Source: Lama glama
Lineage: Eukaryota
Assembly (NCBI GenBank): GCA_028534125.1
Contig: CM052817.1
Location: 40,240,001 to 40,304,000, forward strand
Reading direction: 5' to 3'
Length of the DNA stretch: 64,000 nucleotides
In this document: one piece after another, positions 37,281 through 48,918 of the stretch
Layout: every line of letters starts with the position of its first letter
Numbering within the stretch: position 1 is the first letter of the stretch
Program-made: the position numbers and the translations under genes
Notes under the pieces: model-generated
Database searches by the model: none
The model's input: the letters and a program-made list of their open reading frames with translations, nothing else
What the model was told of the DNA's origin: nothing

Positions 37281-38210
37281 TTGTAGTCTTTTTTTTTAAA
37301 CAGCTACTCACAGTTTAGTTTAATCTCTGTTTTTTTGTGTCTTTGGCTTCACTTTAGTCCTGAACAAATAACTAAATTTAGAGGCTGCTACATAATTTTA
37401 AGCAAATATTAATAAAAAGTGGGATCACCAGCTTTAAGTATCTATAGGAAAAGATTGAGCATTTTCATTCTGTAGAATGCTTTGAACTTTTTCTATTAAT
37501 AAATGTTTTCAATATTCTGTTTGTTTTAAGATTGACTTGTCTCCATTTTATGTTTAGAAATTTATTCACCCATTTTTTGAAAGTTACCTATATGTCTGAG
37601 GTTTAAGTTCAGAAAGAAAACATGAATTTCTATCAGCCTCCTGAATCAAAGTCAGACATTTTTCAGCCAGTTTTTTGATTGAGTGATTTTATTATAATCT
37701 ATCTTAAGAGCAGTATGGTAAGTGAGAATGGTCTTTTGAGAATCTTGAGGAGAATTAGATAATAATAATTTTTCATTGTTTAAACAATTTTACCTAAGTA
37801 GGTTAGAAGGCTAGAAGATAAACACTGTGACGACCGTAGATATAGAGGTGCCGTTTCAAGGAATAAGAGTAGTTCATCAGACTTTGCAGCCTGAGTGAAA
37901 TAGTTTGCACGAACCTCTTAATTTCCTTTGCTGGGATTCCCTGCTTGCCAAATAAACCCCTCTCTCATAAATAAAACTAATTCAGTTTTTGTCTCAGGAC
38001 AGTTTTATAACTAAGAAAAGGAGGACCTTGATAGCATGTGTGAGCATTGGAGCCTCTGGGATGGGGTGCCCCTCAGTCTCCTGGGAGTTTGGTGTCTGAG
38101 TCAGTCCTACGACTCACTGAAGTGGCAACTTGACCTTCTGGGCCTGACCTCAACTGTGGAGTCAGTCCAAGACCCGGTCTGAAGAGCAGGCTGGTCTCTG
38201 GTAATTTTTT

Positions 38211-38357
38211 TTTTAATTTTTTTTGTTTATTTATTTAGTCAGGGGAGTGGGGGTGATTAGGTTTACTTACGTATTTTTAGAGGAGGTACTGGGGATTGAA
38301 CCCAGGACCTCATGCATGCCAAGTGAATGCTCTACCACTTGAGCTGTGCCCTCCCCC
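38211..38357 (-). mobile_element. tRNA-derived SINE (Vic-1-like)
   Basis: Same consensus on the - strand; 15-bp TSD ctctggtaatttttt at 38196-38210 and 38358-38372. Confidence 0.9.
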
Positions 38358-41300
38358 CTCTGGTAATTTTTTGATGTATTGCCCTCATGGTTAGGATTTG
38401 TGTTATGCCTGCATGATTACCTTGACATGACAATGGCATAATTGGCAGCATTTTACAGAGAAATGAATTCCCAAAAGATGAGAAACAAGAGTAGATTGCA
38501 GTGCAGCCCTGACCAACCCCGCAAATTTTACAAGCGTGAGCGTAGAAACTGTCCGCCACGAACGTCAGAGTGGCTGTTCTCTCTCCTTTTTCAGTGAAGT
38601 GTTGGGATTTTTTTTCCGTCTCTGGAGACATTTCTCCACCCGGTGAATAATTCTAGAGAAGTTTCATATAAATGGATGGAGGTTAGAAGAGCTGAACCCA
38701 AAATACTGTTCAGTCTCTGAAGTAGGAAGATACGAGATTATGGAGAGTGGTTTGTTTTCCTGAAGAAAAGCCAACCAGGAAAGGGGTGTGAGGGAAACTG
38801 GTGGGCGGGCTGGGTGCTGGCTGTGGGATGGAGCAGGTCTCTGGGGATGTGCCTTTTTACACTGCTCCTGCTCCTCTCCACCCTGCATGGGACCTTTTGG
38901 GCTGGGTTGGATGCACTCGAGGCCTCATTTGAGAATCTTTATGTGTATGGGATACACTGCTGATGGAGGTAGTTGTTCATCTGCATCGTGTGGCAGCGGG
39001 AAAAAGTTGGGAACAGCTGCTCTACACCTGACTAGTGAGAGCCCAACAAGCCTGTGTATGTTCCTTTGGATTCAGAAAATTCCCTTGTATCCTGGAGGAC
39101 AGAAAGATGCAGTGGGATTCCTGGCAACCAGATGCACGCTAACCCCTGCCTGAAAGAGAAAGGGAGGGATCGTGACTGGTTAGCATTTTTCTGGTAACCA
39201 CTGGTCTCCTGAACCAGACTTGGGTTCAACCTGGGAATGACTACAAGGCCATCTGTTAACTCTTCGGCCATGGTGGAGGCGTCATTTGGAACCGCCATGA
39301 AGATTGAGCAAATAGCACGTGCACAAATACATATACACTCCCCTCTTTATTTTGTTGTTCCATGGCTGCAGTGGCAACATTTCCAAACGTCACTTCTGAC
39401 AAATCTGTAGGGGTGTTTGTCAGATGCTGAAGACGTCACAGGTAACATCTCATCATTCAGTGAATAAGGACTGTCTGTGCACAGGAAGTCTTACCTATTT
39501 GATCTTACAGATAAATGCTCCAAATCTTTCAACCAAACTAAATTACAAAGGAAAAGCAATCAAGTTAGCTTTACAGTTCCACTTTTCCTGGCACGCTGGT
39601 GGTTCTACATACATCACCTAGCATCTATACTGCCCAGGGCTTTGGTGACCCATCCAGCGGCTCGGGCTCAGGTAATGTGGGGCACCAGTGAGATGATCGG
39701 GCTCAGGCTGGGCCATTCTGAAATTTCCAGCTGTTTGCCCTTTCTCCCTCTGAGCGGTATGGGTGTGTGGGTTTTAAGGTGTTGGGACAGATCTTGAAAA
39801 ATCTAATAAAATCAAACAAAAGGAAACAGACTTTTGTTTAACTGTGCTGCATGTTTTTTGCACTCTGGATTCATGTTTCCAGAGATCTGTTACAGTATTT
39901 AGCAAACAGTGTTAATGAATCTCCTAGGATGACTTTGTACAAACATCATTACTCAGTAATGTCTGAGATCTTTATTTTAACAGAGCTGCACTCCCTGTTG
40001 CATTTGAATTTGACTTTTGACTGACACTTTGCAGGTCTAGAAGCCTCCTGTTCATCAAGTAGGCCTGTCTCTGCTTTTATTGCTGGTGCCTTGTAATTTC
40101 CCGATCTGTGAGCTTTCTAAAACCACCTTTTGTTCTCGGTGGGCTTGCACCGTGCAGATAGGAGGGGGAGTGATTTCAGAATCCTTGCGAAATAAAGCAA
40201 ACCTTCCTATTCCAAAAAGACCCAAGAATTTGTTGGATTTTTAGTTCTTATATGTGAAGTTAAACTTAATGAAAACTTACATATCAAGCATATCTACATT
40301 ATCACTTATATTACATTTCCCAGCTCCTGAAAGTAGCATCCTAGTGTTACTAACTTGGTTTCTTTACTTAAGTAAATATTTATAAAGTGCCTTATGCAGT
40401 TCAATAGAGACCTCATGTCCAAACAGATGTGTTTCCAAGTCAGCAATGTAAAATCAATCAGTAGGAATCCTATCATAGGAAAAGATTGGATTCAAATTTG
40501 ATTGGAAGAGGAAAGTTCCAGACCTTTTTTTAATAATGAGAGGATAGTGAGTGAGATAATTTAAAAGAGCCAGTAAGGATGGCCAGGATGTATGACCTGG
40601 TCAATGATGAAAAATCATTTCATCTTGTACTTTGTCCAAGAAAGGAACTACTCACTCTAGGAGGATTAGGATGTATGGTGGATTTGAATATAAACACAGC
40701 CTTCAGTACTAAAGAAGGAAAGCAACTATCTCCCAACAGTAACCTAAAAGTAATTTGCTTTCCCTCTGGAAACATCTCCAAATGACAGATGAGCTTCTCT
40801 GAGCCCCTTTTTTGACTTGAGTCTTTGGGGAAAAGAAAACCAGTTTTCACGGTCTGGAGTCAAGTCCACAAAGAGTTCTCTCCTGGGAGGCACTGCTCAG
40901 ACACACTGATGGAAGGGATCTAGCGTTCACCCGATCTGGGTACTGAGCGCCCTCTCACTCAGTTCTCACATCAGCCTGGGGAGCCTGGCTCAGCCGATGA
41001 GCCGTAGAAGCTGGACTCAAACCCAGGTCTCAGCCTAGTGAGTGCATCTCCCCCCAACCCCCTAAAAACCACATTCTTCCCAAAGTAAAGAGAAATGCTA
41101 CTACAACAAAACTTGAGTTTGGGTTTCTGGTTTTGCTTTTTCTGCCCTACCCCCGACCCCACCGCCTTTAGCTTGCAGAGACCTGGCATTTCTCACAAAA
41201 GAGGAATGTGGTCATTATAAATGGGTACAATTACTAAGCATTGTGCGCTAGCTTCTTTTCAGGCAGGTTCTATTTCCATGGTGGGAAAGATAGCCCCTGG

Positions 41301-44300
41301 CAGCCCAAAGCCTAATCTCCACTGCTTGTGATCCACAAAGGGAAAAGAAAACCTCTCACAATCTCAAACACAGCAGACAAAGACATCTCGGTTGCCTCTG
41401 CCTGGATCTCATGCCCACTGCCTGCTCCAGTTCTGTGCTCAGAGATGTAGAGTAGCAGAACTGGCTGGCCCACGCAGTGCGCTCACACAGGTGAGCAGAG
41501 TGATTTTAAGCCCCACCAGAACCACATGGAGAGGTTCCCCAAAGGAAAGGGTGCAGTTCAGAGAAGGAGAGGGGAGAAAAGAGCAGGACAAAACAACCCC
41601 TTACCTCCTGTAGAGCACAACAGGGAAGTCATGGTAGGTAGGGTACGTGGGTTCCAGACTAGAGGGAAGCCCTGAGCGGTCACAAAAAAGTGCTAGGGAG
41701 CCCACTTTATCCCAGTTGCCATAACTGTACCATCATGGGGGGCAGTGCAGAAGATCACCTATGTGAGAGTCAAGGAACTGGGTTCTAGCATCTTCTCTGC
41801 CACTTACTGTTGGTCAGATCACCATTTCTCCACCTGGAAAATGAGGGGGTAGGGCTAGATAATCTCTAATTTCCCTTCCAGCTCTGGAAGTCTATGACCC
41901 ATCTGCCTTTCCCACATCATCTTTGTAAATTACCTACAAGTCTCCAGAAGGAATCAAAAACAAATTTGGGATAAGCCACCAAAGCTTTGACGACAGATGA
42001 CAGAAACAACTCAGATCTACTTATATTTGGATAACTTTTTCCCTTCTGTAGAGTTAATTTCATTTTAATCCAGAGAAAAATTAAAGCAGTTCTCTCCTTG
42101 GTTGGAAATGAGGAGGTGGGCATTAAAGCAATCCTTTATAATTTGAGGACTTGGTACAAATGTATTTGCTCGGCCTTGAGGTCCTTAAGTAGTGAGTCCC
42201 CCTCAATAATGATGCACATTTCCATGAAACTAATCTTTCTACACACCTGTTCCCCATATCAAGAATAGGTTACATTTGATTACATAGAATCCTCACAATG
42301 AACTAGTTTTTCCCTCTGGTGCTGAAAATCTGGGTCACCCTTTTGACATTCCTGAACTATAATGACAAATGCCCCTTTCCAGCTAGAGAACCCCAGGGCC
42401 TTTGCCTTAAGAGCAGCCTGTGGTGATTGATACAGCAGGAAGAGAAAGAGGCCATTGAGACAGAAACAATAACAGCAGCTAATGCTGAGAAGTAAATAAG
42501 AGCTTCTCTGCATTTATCTGCCCCTGGAAACCAAAATAACAGTCCTGAAAGCAAATGAGGTGGGTGTTTGTTGGGGGAAGGGAACTGGTGAGCTAGAAGA
42601 GATGTGGGTGAAAACCTTGTCAATACTGTCTTTCTGTTGCCACAACAATAGGGATTGTTCATTTATCTCAGCAAGCTGGGATTTGGGAGGAGGGAGGGAG
42701 TTCGGTTTGGTCTGTGGACCTTGTTTCTAGCCAGATGTTGGTCAAAGGCGAATGTGGTGTAGGTATTAATAAATGTTCATGTACTGTGGCTGGGTCTGAA
42801 AAAGGATGATTCCTCCATAGCATTTGTTAGAATTTATGGCATACACTTCACATAGTCATTATTTGATTCCTGTCTGCCTCCCCTACCCAACAGTGAGTTC
42901 CAGGAGAACAGCCCTGTACTCCTCTTTCCTGGGCGCTGAGCTGAGTGCTTGGCTTCTAGAGAAGGCTAAGGAGATAGACTTTGAACGAAGGAATGTTAAC
43001 TGATTCAAACTGAAGATAACTTGGAAAGATGCAAAGGGCAGCATGTCTCTGACAGGTGATATCAGAGACAGGTCTGGGTTGGTTTCAATATTGCAGTGGG
43101 TTTTTCATACAGTAGACCCTCTCTTCTATGAATTAGGAAGTCAGGACCTTCAAATCTGGCCTTCAAATTGTAGCTCTCTATTAAAAGTGGTCAGAAAATG
43201 GTGGAAAGGTCTTAAGCAATAAGGCTGGAGTTTTTATATTTATATTTTTATAAATATATACATATATATGTATATAACAAATGTTATATACATCCAGTGC
43301 AATAGAAGCATTCATTTCAGAGGAACAGGTCTCCCCTCATCCACTGCTATAAAGTCCAACGGAAAATTTTTCCAATCTATTTAGTACAGAAACAGGGATG
43401 CCAACCCTCCTGTGACTGAAGAAAGCTAAGACCAATTTTCTATTAAGCCGAGATGTTGCTGTATCTCAAAACCAATCTTCCCATAACCTTGGAGGCTAAC
43501 TTCCCAACTTTATGATCCCCGAAATCATTCTCATCTAAAGCCTGTGAGTGGTTTTCTCACCCTAGCAGCAGAAAGATGTTTACATACAAAATTGTTGCCC
43601 ATTCCTCTCATCCAAGAGGCAACCTCCCTCCTTCCCCGTTTAAATCCACAAGAGCAGCAGAGCTCATTCTCTTCTGAGCCAAAGGAGTTGCCTTAAATGA
43701 TGACCTTTGATTAAGTAGAGCAGGAGACTTCATTGCACAATTCCCTTCAGTGCACATAGATCCTGGTGCTACCAGAATTCCTTCCCTTCAGTGTCTGAAT
43801 CCCTCTAGCCCACACAGCGATGTTTCTCTTCCTAGCCTGGGGCCCCAGAAGCACCGTGGCCAGGCAGGTTTCATAACTGTACAGAGTCTATGTCTCTAGT
43901 ATGATTTAAAAACAATAAAATACCCACATTATTCAGCACTTACTAGGTATCAAACACCATCCTGAGCTCTATTCCTGTGAGGTAGGTGGTATCACCAGTT
44001 TGCACATGAAATAATTGAAGTTAGATTATTAGGCAAATTGCATGGAGAGTATTTCCAGCCTGGAGCTGCCTTAATTCTTCTATTGTATAGGGTGAAGCTG
44101 AAGATCTAAGAGACTGTCACTGTCCTCACAAGACAGAGTACTCAGACTTGCTAATTCAGAGTTGGAAAGGCAAACTCTAACCTAAGTTTTCAGATGCCAA
44201 ACCTGGGTCATTGTCACAGCCCTGTAATTTCTGTAGCCCCAAACCTAAATTTCCTAAAGAAAAGCATATGCATGAGAATCACTGTAAATCTCTAACTTCA

Positions 44301-44909
44301 AGAATGAATCTTTTCTTTCTCTTTACTTCCTCTCCAGAGCTTGCATTTTCTCCACAAATATTTGTTTACAATTAAAAAAAAAATCTTGTATTTACTCTTT
44401 GAAGGAATGCAAAATTAGGTAGATACTTTGCCAGGCTCACTCCCATCTCTAAGCTTTTTCTTACAGTTTTCTAACTTGGAGTGTCTGTCAGATCAGTCTA
44501 TCTTTCAGGATTTTGTGTGCTGCCACCTCCTCCATGAAGCCCTCCTGACCACACCAGACCACATGCCTCACCATGCATCTCTCACACAGTTTTTATAGGT
44601 AGTGTTGCCATTCAACACTTTCTATCTTCTGTCATTCTTTCTATCCTCTCTGCCTAAAGCAACTTCTATGCCAAGGCACATACTGCTGGCTAGAATCTAG
44701 GCAGTCTGGCTCTGAAGGTTTTCTATCAGTACATCTCAGACCTGCTGTTTTGTAGTTTGTATTTATAATCCTGTAGCTGTTTACTGACATTTGACAGCTA
44801 TTACTTGTCCTTGTTTAAAAAGCATCCCCCAACCCTTGGGCATAAAATTTTCTCCAGCTAAACCCAGACACCACCATGTGGGATTTCAAACTCCTGTGGA
44901 GGCACTGTC

Positions 44910-45330
44910 CAGATACCTCACTGACGGACGAATGGATAAGCAAAATGTGGCAAATAAATACAATGGAATATTATTTGGTCTTAAAAAGGGAGGAAATTCT
45001 GACACATTCTACAATGTAGATGATACTCAAAGACATTATGCCAAGTGATAAGCCAGTCACAAAAGACTGTATGATTTCACTTTTATGAGATATCTAGAAT
45101 AGTAAAATTCATAGAATCAGAAAGTACAATGGTGGTTGCCAGGGCGTAGGGAGATGGAGAAATGGAGAGTTATCTCCCCATAGTTTCAATTTTGCAAAAT
45201 AAAGACATTCTGGAGATTGGTTACACATCAATATGAATATATTTAACACTACTGAATGAACACTTAAAATGGTTAAGATGGTAAATTTTATGTTATGTGT
45301 ATTTTACCACAATTAAAAGTTAAAAAAAGA
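44910..45330 (+). mobile_element. Old LINE-1 (L1MB-like) 3' end
   Basis: gaatggataagcaaaatgtgg...atacaatggaatattatt...ggttaagatggtaaattttatgttatgtgtattttaccacaattaaaa. Confidence 0.85.
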
Positions 45331-47527
45331 ATCAAGTTCCAAAAACAGAAGAAAAAAAACCCAAAACACCTTACCCAGATATCACCCCCCACCTCCCCTC
45401 TAGTATGAATTAACTACTTCTTCCTTTGTGTCTCCCCTTTTCTTCCTCATACCAGTACTAGAGCTCTTATCACATTTTCGGTAATTATTTGACAGGATAA
45501 ATGTTACTGTCCTATAAGTGAGGTGAACGCTCATCCACTTCTGAGGTCTTCACCAGAACCTGAGAAAACAGACTAGGGTCTTTAGCAAGATGGAGAAAAG
45601 AGACAAGCCCGGATGCTACTAGGTACAGGCACTATTAGCAAGGATATACCCTGTAGAGGTTTCATTGCGAGGCTGGACCTCGAAGGGCTATTTTCCATTA
45701 GCCATCGTTTTGTAAGTAGCATCTTGAAGACCTAAAGAGCACCTCCTTCCACCTCTAAGACAAAAACATCCCCTTCTCCATCATGAGTCCAACCAGCTGA
45801 AATGATTGTCTCCACCCAGTCTGATCTGTTGGCAAGAAGAGAGGAAGACAGATGTTCATTTCGGATAGATTCAATATAAAGTAACTTACCTAACAGATAA
45901 GGATATTCCGGGGCCAAGTAAAGAACTATTTTGCTGCCTCCTCTGGACTCTGTATCCTACAAAGAATCAAGTTCCCAGCAAGATTTTTTTTTTCTTCTGA
46001 TAACAGATTTGACTTTCCTGCCCTTCCAAGTTCATAGCCAAGAGGTAACATTTGTTAGACCTGTCTTCCCTCCAAATGGGGAGCTCCTTTAGGGCAGGGA
46101 CCACACCATATTCATCCTTGTATCCCTATGGCCCATCAGTCCGAGCACATAGCATGTACCTAATAGCCAAACAAATGACTGAATGGTTAGAGTGAGGGTG
46201 GGGCGAGTTAATAATTCAGAGAGAAAGAGAGGCTTTTGACAAAGCAACTAGTCCACCCTGAGAGAATGGACAGTCTGAATAGAGAGCCATAGGGATTCTG
46301 GTGGTTGTGGGGAGCAGAAGGAGCATGAGAAGGAAAAGCAGTTCATCATAAAGCCAAAGTTGAGCAGGCTGATGAAATTTGCAGCACCTCAAGTTTCCTG
46401 CTCTGTGGTCTCGCTGGTCTAATGACAGTACCGATGCTTATCTGGTCGCCAGGCAAATTTCCTTTCATTCTATAATTTCAGCTCCATCTGAAGCAACACC
46501 ATAATGGTGGCTCGGTGGCCACCATTCCACAGCCATATACCTCGCTTCAGTTTTAAATTAGACGTTGTTTTATCTGGCTGATTGGAGACTGATTCGGGTC
46601 TGTTAACAATAAGATGCTCATGAGCAGCCCTTTCATGTTGTCAGTTCTTCACAATTTTCCCCTCTCCCCTGGAATGCTGGAAAGGATTCCTAACTATAGT
46701 TAATCCAAAAATCAGCTTTATTTGTCGACATAATGAGATCCCTTCAAACTCACATTTATAGAATTCACAGGCTGGAGGGCAGAGTAAAGACTAGTTCCTA
46801 GGTAAGGGAATTTGTCCCGAGAGGGCTGAGTCGGGTCACAGCCAGTTAGAACTAGGATTCAGAGCCCCGAGCTTCCGTTACTGAGCCCTTTTCCTTCTGC
46901 TAACCTCTGCAGGTGCCGCCACAGCTGCCTGGGACGCGGCCAGCTCACCCTTCTCTGCACTTCTGTGCAATTAGAGCTCCCTCTGGATAGCTCTAAATTA
47001 TCTGCGTTAGAAGAGTAGGAAAGGGGAGGAATCGTGAGCAGACACGCTTTCTTCTTAGGTTAATTTTCCTTGGAACATTCTGGGTGATTTTTTTCTAAAG
47101 CCCCATTCTCAACGGTGCTGACTTTAAGGCCAAGGAGATAGTCCAGAAGCGCGCTGGTGAGCGGAGTATTTGCCCTCAACAGCTTCGCAGCTAATAGGCC
47201 GCGCAGTGGGCAGGGCAAGACTAGATACCAACCAGCCCCGAAATCATTTATTTATCATATAATAGGCATTAATTGAGCACCCGCTGTGTGTCTGGCTACA
47301 GCTGTCTAATTAAGAGTTGAGCAGCTGCCTCTACCCCGCCCCCCCCCCCCACAACAGCCCCAAGGAGTTATAGGAATCAGGAGACACAGGGATTCCTGTG
47401 ATTCTCTGAGATCTGGCCTTAACTTGTGTTGCGACTCAGGGCAAATACTGTAAATTCTCCAGCCTGTAGCTTCAGAGAAGAAAAAAGAAGTCTTTTCAAA
47501 AAGGAAAGATATTTAGGGGAATTGGAG

Positions 47528-47530
<3 letters not shown>

Positions 47531-47559
<29 letters not shown>
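47531..47559. repeat. (CA)n-(CAG)n compound repeat just upstream of the SCD5 promoter
   Basis: cacacacacacacagcagcagcagcagca. Confidence 0.85.
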
Positions 47560-47907
47560 TAAGTGCTGTGAGCCGCTCTGCAGGATCCCTGCCCCAGGAG
47601 CCACAACCCACCCACCCCCGGGCGGAGGATGCCCACCGCCTGCCCAGCGGGCTGACCCATCTGGCCCCGCGGAGCCTGGGCAGCGGAGGCCAAGGGGGCG
47701 CCTTTCTCTTTAAGAGCCCCACGGGCGATCCTGATTGGCTGTAGCTATGCAGGTCTTTCCTCTCGGCTCCCTCCGATCGCTCCCTCCCCCACCGCTTTCT
47801 CGGCTCTTTCCACACCCCTCCCCCAACTCCCCTGCGCCCCTTCCCGCCCCTCGCAGTCGCCTCCTTTTCCTGGACGCGGAGTTCAGCCCCGGCAGCAGTA
47901 TAGCAGT

Positions 47908-47967
47908 ATGGTGATACGCCAGCAACAGATGCTGGGCGCCAAGATTTGCATCCTTAGGCCACGCTGA
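47908..47967 (+). other. Candidate uORF in the SCD5 5' leader (MVIRQQQMLGAKICILRPR*)
   Basis: ATG in strong context (agtATGg); TGA 160 nt before the main ATG; requires the TSS to lie upstream of 47908. Confidence 0.45.
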
Positions 47968-48127
47968 ACGCCTGAAGAAGAGAGAAAGAAGCAGAAGAAG
48001 GCCGGGAAGGCGAGGACGGGAGGTGCGGAGATCCCCCCCTAAAAGGCAGAAGCCGCCGCCCCCACCGGAGGGCTCCGCGCGGGCAGATCGTTTGCCTGCT
48101 GCCGCGGGCGCCTACCTCTCCCCAGCC

Positions 48128-48365
48128 ATGCCAGGTCCGGCCGCCGACGGGGGGAAGGCCCCCTTCGGCAACGCCAAGGGGGAAATCCGTGCGGGGGTCG
48201 GGGTCGAGGACTCGGAGGGCGGCGGCGGCCGGGAGAGGCCCGGCGCGCGCGTGCAGCGCCAGAACATCGTCTGGAGGAACGTCGTCCTGATGAGCCTGCT
48301 CCACTTGGGGGCCGTGTACTCCCTGGTGCTCATCCCCAAAGCCCAGCCGCTCACTCTGCTCTGGG
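48128..48365 (+). CDS. SCD5: SCD5 (stearoyl-CoA desaturase 5) first coding exon, MPGPAADGGK...QNIVWRNVVLMSLLHLGAVYSLVLIPKAQPLTLLW; gene continues beyond the window
   Basis: cagccATGc start; TGGG|gtaagt donor; IVWRNV..HLGA desaturase N-terminal TM signature; position downstream of SEC31A as in human. Confidence 0.96.
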
Positions 48366-48855
48366 GTAAGTCTCGCCGGCGCCCCCTGCGCCCCGGGCAC
48401 CGAGGCGAGGCCGCACCTGGGCGCGCGGGGTCGGGATCGCCGCTGGCCTCGGGAGGTGCCGAGTCCTCTCCTCTCTCCACTCGCCTCCCCGCAAGCGCCC
48501 TGGTCCTCCTGCCTACAGTTGTCTGACCTTTGGAATGGGCAGGTGTTTCTGCCCAGGTATTTTCAACTTCTGCCTTCCCCGCTGTCTGCCGAAGCAGGCG
48601 CCTTTGCTGGCGTCTCGAAGAACAGCGGGAGGGACCCGGGGTCCTGCGGCGCCACCGCTGTACGCAGAGGCGCGCGAAGGGAGAAGCTGGGCACCGCCAG
48701 AACCCGGATTCCAGGGAGGGGAGACCAGAGGGATGATAGTGTCACCCAGGCGGGTCCCAGGGACGCTTCTCTCTGCCGCTTTTCAGCTTCTCAGACTCCT
48801 CCGCGGGCCACGGACCTTGGGGCCAAGTTAACGACGAGAAAGGGAGTTGAAGGGC

Positions 48856-48918
48856 TGTGTGTGGTGTGTGGTGTGTGCGTTGGCGTGTGTGCGGTGTGTG
48901 CGTGCGCGCGTGTGTGTA
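48856..48918. repeat. Imperfect (TG)n/(CG)n alternating purine-pyrimidine tract in SCD5 intron 1
   Basis: tgtgtgtggtgtgtg...gcgtgcgcgcgtgtgtgta. Confidence 0.8.

Noticed and set aside
35251..48365. In-frame SEC31A-SCD5 read-through fusion
   Set aside because: The SEC31A penultimate exon ends in phase 0 whereas SCD5 intron 1 is phase 1, so the usual read-through junction would be out of frame; multiple poly(A) signals also intervene.
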